From Candidatus Nomurabacteria bacterium (GTDB lineage Bacteria > Patescibacteriota > Minisyncoccia > Phycocordibacterales > UBA9973), in the NCBI GenBank assembly GCA_943350045.1, contig CALQZW010000002.1:1-36744 (forward strand): a stretch of 36,744 bases of DNA, in the 5' to 3' direction. Shown here piece after piece: positions 24,398 through 31,515 of the stretch; the first letter of the stretch is position 1, and each line of letters begins with the position of its first letter. The notes beneath the pieces were generated by a model. That model did not search any database, had not been told where the DNA came from, and saw only the letters and a program-made list of their open reading frames with translations. Both the position numbers and the translations under genes were made by a program.

Positions 24398-24626
24398 AAG
24401 TAAAACTACTTTGATAATACGGGCTTTGGTAAGAGCACTAGGTACACAGCGCCTGTGTTTCTAGTGCTCTTACTGAGGATCCCACTATAGTGCACATCCC
24501 ATCCGTAAAAGATTCTGTAAAAGGCATGCCAGCCAGGATGACAGATACGTAAACAGCTGACTGCCGGGAATAGTACGGAACGTTTTCGCGGATTAACCAT
24601 AAATCCCTGTCCGCGCAGGGTGCTGA
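24398..24626 (+). ncRNA. about 230-nt structured leader / candidate cis-regulatory or independent RNA
   Basis: A long helix spans 24424-24478: a 13-bp perfect stem GTAAGAGCACTAG/CTAGTGCTCTTAC, five more pairs using G-U wobbles that work only on the plus strand, and an apical 6-bp stem ACACAG/CTGTGT. Further helices are CATCC/GGATG (24500-24540) and GGATT/AATCC (24590-24604). Two mutually exclusive pairings, CGCGGA/TCCGCG and CCCTG/CAGGG, lie next to the start codon. Confidence 0.45.
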
Positions 24627-25457
24627 GTGATGAAATTAATCACCGAAAAAGGCAACGGATTTCTTTTTTCAGAAACACATGGTCACGCCGTGTATTATGA
24701 AAACCCGGGAAACAACCCCGGAAAAATTTTGAAAGTTGTAAAAAATGCTCGTCAGGAAGCTGAATGGGCAAAAACAAATTGGGGATGCGAACCTCAGGAA
24801 CCAACGGAAGCAGAAATGCTTCTACTCGAAAGGATGGCTCCATTTCGTAGGCATATAAAAACGCTTGCGATTAAGAACGCCAAGGCTTCAAGTCTTGAGT
24901 TAAAGCAATCTGGTTTTTTCAAAGTCCCTGGCGGTCTATTGTCTCGAGCAAATGGGATAACACGCAGGAAGACACATCAGGGCGAGAATAGTTGGTACTT
25001 ATTCAACTTTGAACCTGTATTAGGGGTGATTCCAAATTCACTCTACTGTACGGGATCATCGATTGATTTCGGTACGTACAATGGTAAACCAAACCCATGG
25101 TTCGGATTAATGAGTAATGAAATTGAGCCAATCATCAGGGAAGACTGGGAGCGCTTGTCTGGACGCAAGTTTAGATTGGCTTACGAGTTTACGTGGTTTA
25201 AGTCTCAAATTGAGCCCTACCAAGTTATAGGTGGCTATGACCAGCTGGATTTTCCAGCCAACACTTTCAGGGGCCTGTATCTCTTTGACCTTAGTAAGGA
25301 GAATAAAGAGAACTGGGTTGAGGAATTGCAGCCAGCAATGGGGCGTGCGTATATATGCTATGCCCACGGTAACGGTGATCACACCGTTCCGAATATAATG
25401 CTCAAAGAAATTTTTGATGGGGGAAACCTCGGAGAGGAGATATTTGTAGCGAACTAA
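24627..25457 (+). CDS. orphan protein (276 aa)
   Basis: Long ORF starting at GTG 24627 or ATG 24630, followed by a strong terminator. It has no TM segments and no motif I recognise. Confidence 0.6.
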   Translation: MMKLITEKGNGFLFSETHGHAVYYENPGNNPGKILKVVKNARQEAEWAKTNWGCEPQEPTEAEMLLLERMAPFRRHIKTLAIKNAKASSLELKQSGFFKVPGGLLSRANGITRRKTHQGENSWYLFNFEPVLGVIPNSLYCTGSSIDFGTYNGKPNPWFGLMSNEIEPIIREDWERLSGRKFRLAYEFTWFKSQIEPYQVIGGYDQLDFPANTFRGLYLFDLSKENKENWVEELQPAMGRAYICYAHGNGDHTVPNIMLKEIFDGGNLGEEIFVAN

Positions 25458-25502
25458 AATGTCATTTAAACAATGGCAGATAAGAAGAAGTAGAATATTT
25501 TC

Positions 25503-25546
25503 AGAACCAAACGAAAAGAGCCCGACTCATCGTTTGGTTCTTTTTA
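25503..25546 (+). terminator. intrinsic terminator
   Basis: 11-bp stem AGAACCAAACG (25503-25513) / CGTTTGGTTCT (25531-25541), followed by T5. Confidence 0.8.
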
Positions 25547-25560
25547 TATCTAATCGAGTG

Positions 25561-25728
25561 TGCGATAGAGGATTCGGCTATTACATAGCCAGGTACTTTT
25601 CGATTTCGCTCCGCTCAATAACGAAAAGTCTTTCGAATCCTCACAGAGCGACGCAGGTCGCTCTGTCGATCCTGGTCACGGCCCAAAAGAAAAACCCGGC
25701 GCAAGGCCGAGTCTTTCTTTTGGGTGTG
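25561..25728. repeat. direct repeat R2 (tRNA-Val 3'-end copy + structured 150-nt module), abutting the tRNA gene
   Basis: It starts with TGCGATAGAGGATTCG, the tRNA 3'-end copy lacking 2 nt. The rest matches R1 and ends exactly at the discriminator base of tRNA-Val. On the minus strand, 25711-25685 forms CUCGGC-CUUGC-GCCGGG followed by UUUUUCUUUU, a plausible terminator for the tRNA. Confidence 0.9.
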
Positions 25729-25799
25729 CGCGATAGAGGATTCGAACCTCTGACCCTCCCCACGTCAAGGGGATGCTCTACCAACTGAGCTAACCGCGC
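25727..25799 (-). tRNA. tRNA-Val (anticodon GAC)
   Basis: The reverse complement folds as a 73-nt cloverleaf: GCGCGGT-TA-GCTC-AGTTGGTA-GAGC-A-TCCCC-TTGACGT-GGGGA-GGGTC-AGAGG-TTCGAAT-CCTCT-ATCGCGC-A. CCA is not encoded. Confidence 0.9.
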
Positions 25800-25821
25800 G
25801 TCGTTCTCTTTGAACAAAACG

Positions 25822-25849
25822 AGTATACCACATATACATATAATTTCAA
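25822..25849 (-). promoter_or_regulatory. promoter of tRNA-Val
   Basis: Minus strand: TTGAAA (25849-25844), 16 nt spacer, TATACT (25827-25822) preceded by an extended -10 TG (25830-25829). It lies about 20 nt upstream of the tRNA 5' end. Confidence 0.6.
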
Positions 25850-25888
25850 TCGCCCTTTCTACCTGCTATCTGCTACTATTGCGTATAT

Positions 25889-27265
25889 ATGCGTACTGCA
25901 AAACAGATATTTAATCAGCTTCTTGCGAACACAATGCTCGCCTTGGTTACAAATGCCTTTGTGTGGTTCGCTCTTACATTCTGGGTGTTCTTGAGTACTC
26001 GTTCCGTTCTTGTTACGTCTATGATTGCTGGAACCTTTGCTGTCACAAACATGCTCGGCGCGTTTCTTTTTGGAAACATTGTAGATAAGAGAAAAAAGCG
26101 AACTGCAATGATTCTCTCGAGCGTCATGTCTTTTATTGCATATGCAATTGGAACAATTATATATTTCTCAACTCCAGCAGAAGTATTTGCAAACCCTGCG
26201 TCTCCGATATTGTGGGTACTCATTGTCATCCTTATGCTCGGAAGCGTCGCGGGAAATTTGCGTGCTATTGCCCTCAGTACGCTCGTAACAAAACTCTTTA
26301 CTGAAGATCGTGACAAGGCAAATGGAATGATTGGAATGGTAAGTGGTTTGAGTTTCTCTCTTACATCAGTGCTCAGTGGTCTGGCGATTGGATTTTTTGG
26401 AATGAATCTTGCTCTCGTGTGCGCGCTCGTTGCAACAGCGCTTGTAGTTCTCCATCTCGCATTCTTTCATTTTGATGAACCAGCAGTAGAGATTCATCAT
26501 GAAGAACATCATGAAAAAAAGTCTGGAGTGCGAACGACGATGAAAATTATTGCTTCAATCCCAGGACTCTACGGTCTCATTTTCTTTACGACAATCAATA
26601 ATTTCCTCGGAGGTGTGTTCATGGCACTCATGGATGCGTACGGCCTGTCGCTTGTTTCTGTGCAAACGTGGGGAATTATGTTTGCTGTTGTCAGCTTTGG
26701 CTTTATTGCCGGAAGTACCTATATCGCAAAGAAAGGGTTGGGGAACAAGCCACTGCGAAAACTGTTGGGTATAAACATCATTACGTGGACTACGTGCATC
26801 TTCTTTACTATCCAGCCTTCTATTATTCTACTTGCTATCGGAATGCTTATCTGGATGACGCTTGTGCCGTTTGTGGAAGCTACTGAACAGACGATTATCC
26901 AAGCCGTTGTGCCATATGCACGCCAGGGAAGAGTGTTTGGTTTTGCGCAAAGTGTAGAATCTGCCGCCACTCCTGTCACTGCCTTTCTTATCGGTCCGAT
27001 CGCTCAGTTATTCTTCATTCCGTTTATGACAACTGGAAGTGGTGTGGAGCTCATTGGCTCGTGGTTTGGGGTTGGTCCCGCTCGTGGAATCGCTCTTGTC
27101 TTTATGTCTGCTGGTACACTTGGTCTTCTTGTCACTCTTTTTGCTTTTCGTTCTAAAGCATACAAGATTCTTTCAAAGCACTATATTGAGAATACAGGTC
27201 AGAAAACAGTCGCACATGCCAGCGGTGCTAGTATGTTGTCTCCGGATGTTGTTGTGAGTGAATAG
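25889..27265 (+). CDS. MFS transporter
   Basis: 458-aa ORF with about 12 TM helices and a motif-A-like GNIVDKRKKR between TM2 and TM3. Confidence 0.8.
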   Translation: MRTAKQIFNQLLANTMLALVTNAFVWFALTFWVFLSTRSVLVTSMIAGTFAVTNMLGAFLFGNIVDKRKKRTAMILSSVMSFIAYAIGTIIYFSTPAEVFANPASPILWVLIVILMLGSVAGNLRAIALSTLVTKLFTEDRDKANGMIGMVSGLSFSLTSVLSGLAIGFFGMNLALVCALVATALVVLHLAFFHFDEPAVEIHHEEHHEKKSGVRTTMKIIASIPGLYGLIFFTTINNFLGGVFMALMDAYGLSLVSVQTWGIMFAVVSFGFIAGSTYIAKKGLGNKPLRKLLGINIITWTTCIFFTIQPSIILLAIGMLIWMTLVPFVEATEQTIIQAVVPYARQGRVFGFAQSVESAATPVTAFLIGPIAQLFFIPFMTTGSGVELIGSWFGVGPARGIALVFMSAGTLGLLVTLFAFRSKAYKILSKHYIENTGQKTVAHASGASMLSPDVVVSE

Positions 27266-27431
27266 AATTACTTGTATACGCTCGTTCAGTTTGCGAGCTG
27301 TGAATAAGTCTCTTGCAAAAAATTTTCAGAGCCACCTAGTCGGCAAACGCCATGAATTCGAGCGATTTTTTGGCTCGGTTCGACAGCTTTTTTGTTTTGT
27401 TTTCTTGTGCGAGATTTCAGGGATTTTCACC

Positions 27432-27459
27432 TTGTCCACACAGAGTGGGAGGGTATAAT
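27432..27459 (+). promoter_or_regulatory. promoter of the nrdAB operon
   Basis: TTGTCC (27432-27437), 16 nt spacer, TATAAT (27454-27459). Confidence 0.55.
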
Positions 27460-27478
27460 GATTGTCCAACTCGCTCTG

Positions 27479-27523
27479 TGCAAGAGGAAACTATGGACAA
27501 GCCAAACAGAGTTTCCTCTCGCA
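27479..27523 (+). promoter_or_regulatory. stable hairpin in the nrdA 5' leader
   Basis: TGCAAGAGGAAACT (27479-27492) pairs with AGTTTCCTCTCGCA (27510-27523): 14 bp with one mismatch and a 17-nt loop. It lies within the roughly 100-nt leader before ATG 27566. Confidence 0.5.
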
Positions 27524-27565
27524 ATGAGCAAATTATTAAGTGCGTAATTTGTATACAAGAGCGCT

Positions 27566-30409
27566 ATGCCATCACCACAGAAACAGACAATTGGTCTTCA
27601 CAATCTCTCTGCAGTCGTAGCAGACGTCGTTGTGGATACTCAACAGGCAGAAGAAGCTGTGAAAGAAGTTCCCGCAGTGCACGAGGCTCCGGTGGTAAAA
27701 GAATCACCAAAGGAGTCACCATATGTTCCGGCTCACACGTCGATGCCTTCAACAAGTCCTTCTCGCGGTGTTTTAAAGCGAGACGGAACTCGCGAGCCAT
27801 TCAACGCGGACCGTATCAATAAGTCTATCGAGCGAGCAACACACGGTATTCCAAATCCGCTTGAAAAAGTCATGCAGATTGCCTCTGAGACAGAACTCAC
27901 GATCTACGACGGTATTACAACTGAAGAAATGGATCAGGCGACTATAAACGCAGCCCTCCAGAATGCTCAGTATGACCTCGACTACGACAAGATTGCTACA
28001 CGTCTTCTTCTAAAGACTATCTACAAAAAGGTTCTTGGTACCTACGACACAAAAGAAGAGCTTGTCACCATGCACAAGACTCACTTCCAGCACTACGTTC
28101 GTCTCGGTATCGAGCTCGGGCTCCTCGACAAGCGACTCCGTAAGTTTGACCTCGACGAGCTTGGTCGTTACCTAAAAATCGACCGTGATGAGTTCTATAA
28201 GTATTCTGGTGCTTCAACAATGCTCGACCGCTATCTCATCAAAGACGTAGATGGCCGCCCTTTGGAGACTCCGCAGTATTTCTGGATGCGTATTGCAATG
28301 GCAATGTCCATCAATGAAAAAGACCACAATGGCTGGGCAAAGCGTTTTTACGACAAGATGAGTAAGCTTGAATACCTCTCGGCTGGATCTACAAACATCG
28401 GAGCAGGTACAAATCGCTCAAGTCTTTCAAACTGTTACCTCATGCAGGTAGAAGACGACATGGCTCACATCGGAAAGACTGTCTCAGACGTTCTCTTGCT
28501 CTCAAAGGCAACAGGAGGAATCGGACTTGCTGTCACAAAACTCCGTGCAAATGGCTCAATGCTCAAGAGTAACAACACTGTATCTTCTGGACCAGTTCCT
28601 TTCATGCACATCATTGACTCAGCTGTTCGTGCAGTTCAGCGTGGAGGAAAAAAGAAAGGAGCACTCTGTTTCTATATGGAAAACTGGCACTACGACTTCC
28701 AGGACTTCCTCGACCTCAAGCAGAACGCCGGAGACGACTACCGCCGTACCCGTACTGCAAACACCGCTGCCTACATGTCTGACGAGTTCATGAAGCGAGT
28801 GAAAGAAGACAGAGATTGGTACCTCTTTGATCCAAAAGAAGTGCCTGACCTCATCGAACTCTATGGCGAGGCCTTTTCAAAGCGATATCAGGAATACTGT
28901 GAAATGGCAGAGCGTGGAGAATTGAATCTTTGGAAAAAGATGCCAGCTCGCCAGCAGTACAAGAATATTCTTGTATCACTACAGACAACAAGTCACCCAT
29001 GGCTTACATGGAAAGACACAATCAACGTCCGCGCTCTCAACAACAACACTGGAACAATTCACGCTTCAAACCTCTGTACTGAAGTTACTCTTCCACAGAA
29101 CAAAGATAACGTCGCGGTTTGTAACCTCATCTCTATCAACCTCCCACGTCACCTCGTTGGAAAGCAGATGGACTGGATGCGTCTTGAAGAATCTGCTCGT
29201 CTTGCAATCCGTCAGCTTGATAACCTCATCGACGTAAACGAGCCACCAATTGCTGAAGCAAAGCGTGCCGACAGTGAAAACCGTGCGCTCGGACTTGGAC
29301 TCATGGGACTCTCTGACACAATCGAACAGCTTGGATATTCATATGAAGATTCAGTTGCTCACGACTTTGTCGACAAAGTATTTGAGTTCATTAGTTACAT
29401 GGCTATCGACGAGTCTGCAACAATCGCAGCGGAGAAGGGAAGTTACAAAAACTTCGAAGGCTCTGGATGGTCACGCGGACAGGTGCCTATAGACACAGCA
29501 GAGCGTCTTGCTCGCGAGCGTGGTTCTGACCTTACGGTAGGACTCGGCTCAGTTCGTGGAGTACCTGAAATCGATTGGGAAGCGCTCCGCCGAAAGGTTC
29601 GCAAAGGAGTACGCAACGCAACCGTTATGGCAATCGCTCCAAACGCAAACATCGGACTCGTTGCCGGAACTTCTCCTGGAATCGACCCACGCTTTGCACA
29701 GATGTTTTCTCGAAACAAGATTTCAGGAAAATATCTTGAAGTAAATCCGAACATGGTGCATGACCTCAAGACACTCGGAATCTGGGATAAGGTTCAGGAA
29801 GACATTCTCAAAAATCACGGAGACATTCAGAGTATCGACCTCATTCCAGACGGAATCAAACGTATCTACAAGACAAGCTTTGATACATCTCCAGGTGCCT
29901 TTGTGGAAGTCGCTGCGCGTGCTCAGAAGTGGGTAGACCAGGCAATCTCTCGCAATATGTACCTTGCAGTAAATGACATCGACGAAGTCATGGGTATTTA
30001 CACAAATGCATGGGAGAAGGGACTCAAGACTACGTACTACCTCCACATGAAGCCAAAGCACACAGCTGAGCAGTCAACTGTGAGTGTAAACAAAGCAACT
30101 GCTATTGGAAAGAAAGGATTTGCAGCACTCTTTGCAAACGCTGCTCCAGCGGTAAAATCTGAAACACCTAAAGAAGAAGTAAAAGTCTCAGTAGCGACTG
30201 CAGTAAAAGTAGAAGTTGTAGAAAAGAAACCAGAGCCACTGCCAGTAATCGCCGACATTATTCGACAAGAAGAGCCAGCTCCAGAGACTCCGGTAGACCT
30301 TCCGAAAAAAGCTCCGTTTGCATCAGTCGCTCAGAAAATGAAGACAATGCCAACAGTAGTTCTTCCGGATGATCCGCAGAACGCAAATATTTGTGAAGGG
30401 TGCGAATAG
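27566..30409 (+). CDS. nrdA: ribonucleoside-diphosphate reductase, alpha subunit (class I)
   Basis: 947-aa ORF with an ATP-cone (VLKRDGTREPFNADRINKSI), the catalytic blocks SNCYL and NLCTEV, and a C-terminal CEGCE redox pair. It has low-complexity N-terminal (about 65 aa) and C-terminal (about 115 aa) extensions. An alternative start is ATG 27743. Confidence 0.9.
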   Translation: MPSPQKQTIGLHNLSAVVADVVVDTQQAEEAVKEVPAVHEAPVVKESPKESPYVPAHTSMPSTSPSRGVLKRDGTREPFNADRINKSIERATHGIPNPLEKVMQIASETELTIYDGITTEEMDQATINAALQNAQYDLDYDKIATRLLLKTIYKKVLGTYDTKEELVTMHKTHFQHYVRLGIELGLLDKRLRKFDLDELGRYLKIDRDEFYKYSGASTMLDRYLIKDVDGRPLETPQYFWMRIAMAMSINEKDHNGWAKRFYDKMSKLEYLSAGSTNIGAGTNRSSLSNCYLMQVEDDMAHIGKTVSDVLLLSKATGGIGLAVTKLRANGSMLKSNNTVSSGPVPFMHIIDSAVRAVQRGGKKKGALCFYMENWHYDFQDFLDLKQNAGDDYRRTRTANTAAYMSDEFMKRVKEDRDWYLFDPKEVPDLIELYGEAFSKRYQEYCEMAERGELNLWKKMPARQQYKNILVSLQTTSHPWLTWKDTINVRALNNNTGTIHASNLCTEVTLPQNKDNVAVCNLISINLPRHLVGKQMDWMRLEESARLAIRQLDNLIDVNEPPIAEAKRADSENRALGLGLMGLSDTIEQLGYSYEDSVAHDFVDKVFEFISYMAIDESATIAAEKGSYKNFEGSGWSRGQVPIDTAERLARERGSDLTVGLGSVRGVPEIDWEALRRKVRKGVRNATVMAIAPNANIGLVAGTSPGIDPRFAQMFSRNKISGKYLEVNPNMVHDLKTLGIWDKVQEDILKNHGDIQSIDLIPDGIKRIYKTSFDTSPGAFVEVAARAQKWVDQAISRNMYLAVNDIDEVMGIYTNAWEKGLKTTYYLHMKPKHTAEQSTVSVNKATAIGKKGFAALFANAAPAVKSETPKEEVKVSVATAVKVEVVEKKPEPLPVIADIIRQEEPAPETPVDLPKKAPFASVAQKMKTMPTVVLPDDPQNANICEGCE

Positions 30410-30445
30410 GGAAATTATTATCTAGTCAAAATATAAAGTACATAT

Positions 30446-31444
30446 ATGATTCTTGGAAAGCCAGAGCCAACAGATACATCACTTCACCCAATGAAGTACA
30501 AGTGGGCGTACGAGTTGTATAACCAGGCGGTGCGAAATACATGGTTCCCACATGAAATTCCACTCGGAGAAGACATTAAGGACTGGAATGACATGACAGA
30601 AGACGAGCGTCATGCAGTAGAGTTTTTGATGGCATTCTTTAATCCAGCAGAGCTCATTGTAAACCGCGCACTCGCACTCGGAGTGTATCCATATATCAAG
30701 AGTCCAGAAGCTCACCTCTACCTTGCAAAGCAGATGTGGGAAGAGGCGAACCACTGTGTTGCATTCGAGTACGTACTTGAAACATTCCCGGTAAATCGTG
30801 AAGAGATTTACAAGGTGCACACAGTTACAGACTCAATGATTGCAAAGGAGAACTTCATTAACAAGTATCTCAAGCGCATGACTGAAGTGACTCTAAACAT
30901 CGAGACTCCAGAAGGAAAGAAAGATTTCATCCGTAACCTCATTGCCTACTCAGTTGTTATGGAAGGAATCTGGTTCTACTCTGGATTCATGGTCGTGCTC
31001 TCGTTCCGCCAGCGCAACAAGCTCCGCAACTTTGCGAGTTTGATCAACTGGGTAATTCGCGACGAGTCACTTCACTTGAAGTTTGGAATCAACCTCATCC
31101 TCAACATTCTTGAAGAGAATCCAGAAATCCTTACTGCAGAGTTTGCAGAGGAAATCCGAAATATTGTCATCGAGGGAGTCGAGCTTGAAGTTGCGTACAA
31201 CAAGGATCTTTTCCCAAATGGAATTCTTGGACTCAACTCAGACTACGTAAACCAGTATGTTATGTACGTTGCTGATCGACGCCTTGAAGAGCTTGGAATG
31301 CCAAAGCACTACAATGCATCAAACCCAGCAAAGTGGATGAGTACTGCAACAGACGTGTACGAGCTCGTGAACTTCTTTGAAGCGCAGAACACTGCATACG
31401 AAGTAGATGCACACGGACACTCAAAGGACAAAAAAGAAGCGTAA
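30446..31444 (+). CDS. nrdB: ribonucleotide reductase beta subunit, class Ic-like (R2c)
   Basis: The ferritin-like ligand blocks are AFFNPAELIV, EEANHCVAFEY, VMEGIWFYSGF and RDESLH. The first ligand is Glu rather than Asp. The residue four positions after the first His is Phe rather than the radical Tyr. Confidence 0.85.
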   Translation: MILGKPEPTDTSLHPMKYKWAYELYNQAVRNTWFPHEIPLGEDIKDWNDMTEDERHAVEFLMAFFNPAELIVNRALALGVYPYIKSPEAHLYLAKQMWEEANHCVAFEYVLETFPVNREEIYKVHTVTDSMIAKENFINKYLKRMTEVTLNIETPEGKKDFIRNLIAYSVVMEGIWFYSGFMVVLSFRQRNKLRNFASLINWVIRDESLHLKFGINLILNILEENPEILTAEFAEEIRNIVIEGVELEVAYNKDLFPNGILGLNSDYVNQYVMYVADRRLEELGMPKHYNASNPAKWMSTATDVYELVNFFEAQNTAYEVDAHGHSKDKKEA

Positions 31445-31464
31445 TTTTTGAAATTGTACGCAAA

Positions 31465-31510
31465 GAAAAAACCGCCATTCTCGCTATAGTGCGAGGGGCG
31501 GTTTTTTTTG
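31465..31510. terminator. bidirectional intrinsic terminator
   Basis: Stem ACCGCC (31471-31476) / GGCGGT (31497-31502), with an inner CTCGC/GCGAG pairing, an A-run upstream and T8 downstream. Confidence 0.75.
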
Positions 31511-31515
31511 ATGAT

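Larger units (their letters stand above)
23548..25728. mobile_element. putative integrase-less genomic islet inserted at the 3' end of tRNA-Val
   Basis: It is bracketed by direct repeats R1 and R2, each containing a copy of the tRNA 3' end. The interior is AT-richer, holds orphan genes with their own promoters and terminators, and has no recombinase-like ORF. Confidence 0.4.

Noticed and set aside
24406-24600. 64-aa minus-strand ORF inside the leader region
   Set aside because: It lies antisense to a region with strong plus-strand-specific RNA structure (G-U wobbles). It has no promoter or start context, so it is most likely a chance ORF.
24398-24626. TPP (THI-box) riboswitch call for the structured leader
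   Set aside because: A few strings resemble the THI-box (CUGAG..CCC, AUGCCAGC..AGGA). The near-invariant UGAGA and ACCUGAUCUGG elements and a closing P1 helix are absent, and the downstream gene is not thiamine-related as far as I can tell. This needs an Infernal search before any claim.
25561-25728. Possibility that the repeat unit is a tRNA pseudogene or a tRNA with a large insertion
   Set aside because: Only the T-loop/acceptor 3' strand (17-19 nt) is tRNA-like. There is no matching 5' acceptor strand, D-arm or anticodon arm on either strand. The second TTCGAATCCTC string is simply the inverted partner that forms helix P1.
27258-27566. NrdR boxes upstream of nrdA
   Set aside because: I looked for tandem 16-bp acaCwAtATaTwgtgt-like palindromes and found only the TTGTATAC(AA) dyads, which do not fit the consensus well enough to call.
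27352-27822. 156-aa ORF overlapping the nrdA leader and the 5' end of nrdA in another frame
   Set aside because: It has an Arg/Ser-rich low-complexity translation, overlaps a well-supported gene, and spans the promoter. It is a typical out-of-frame artefact.
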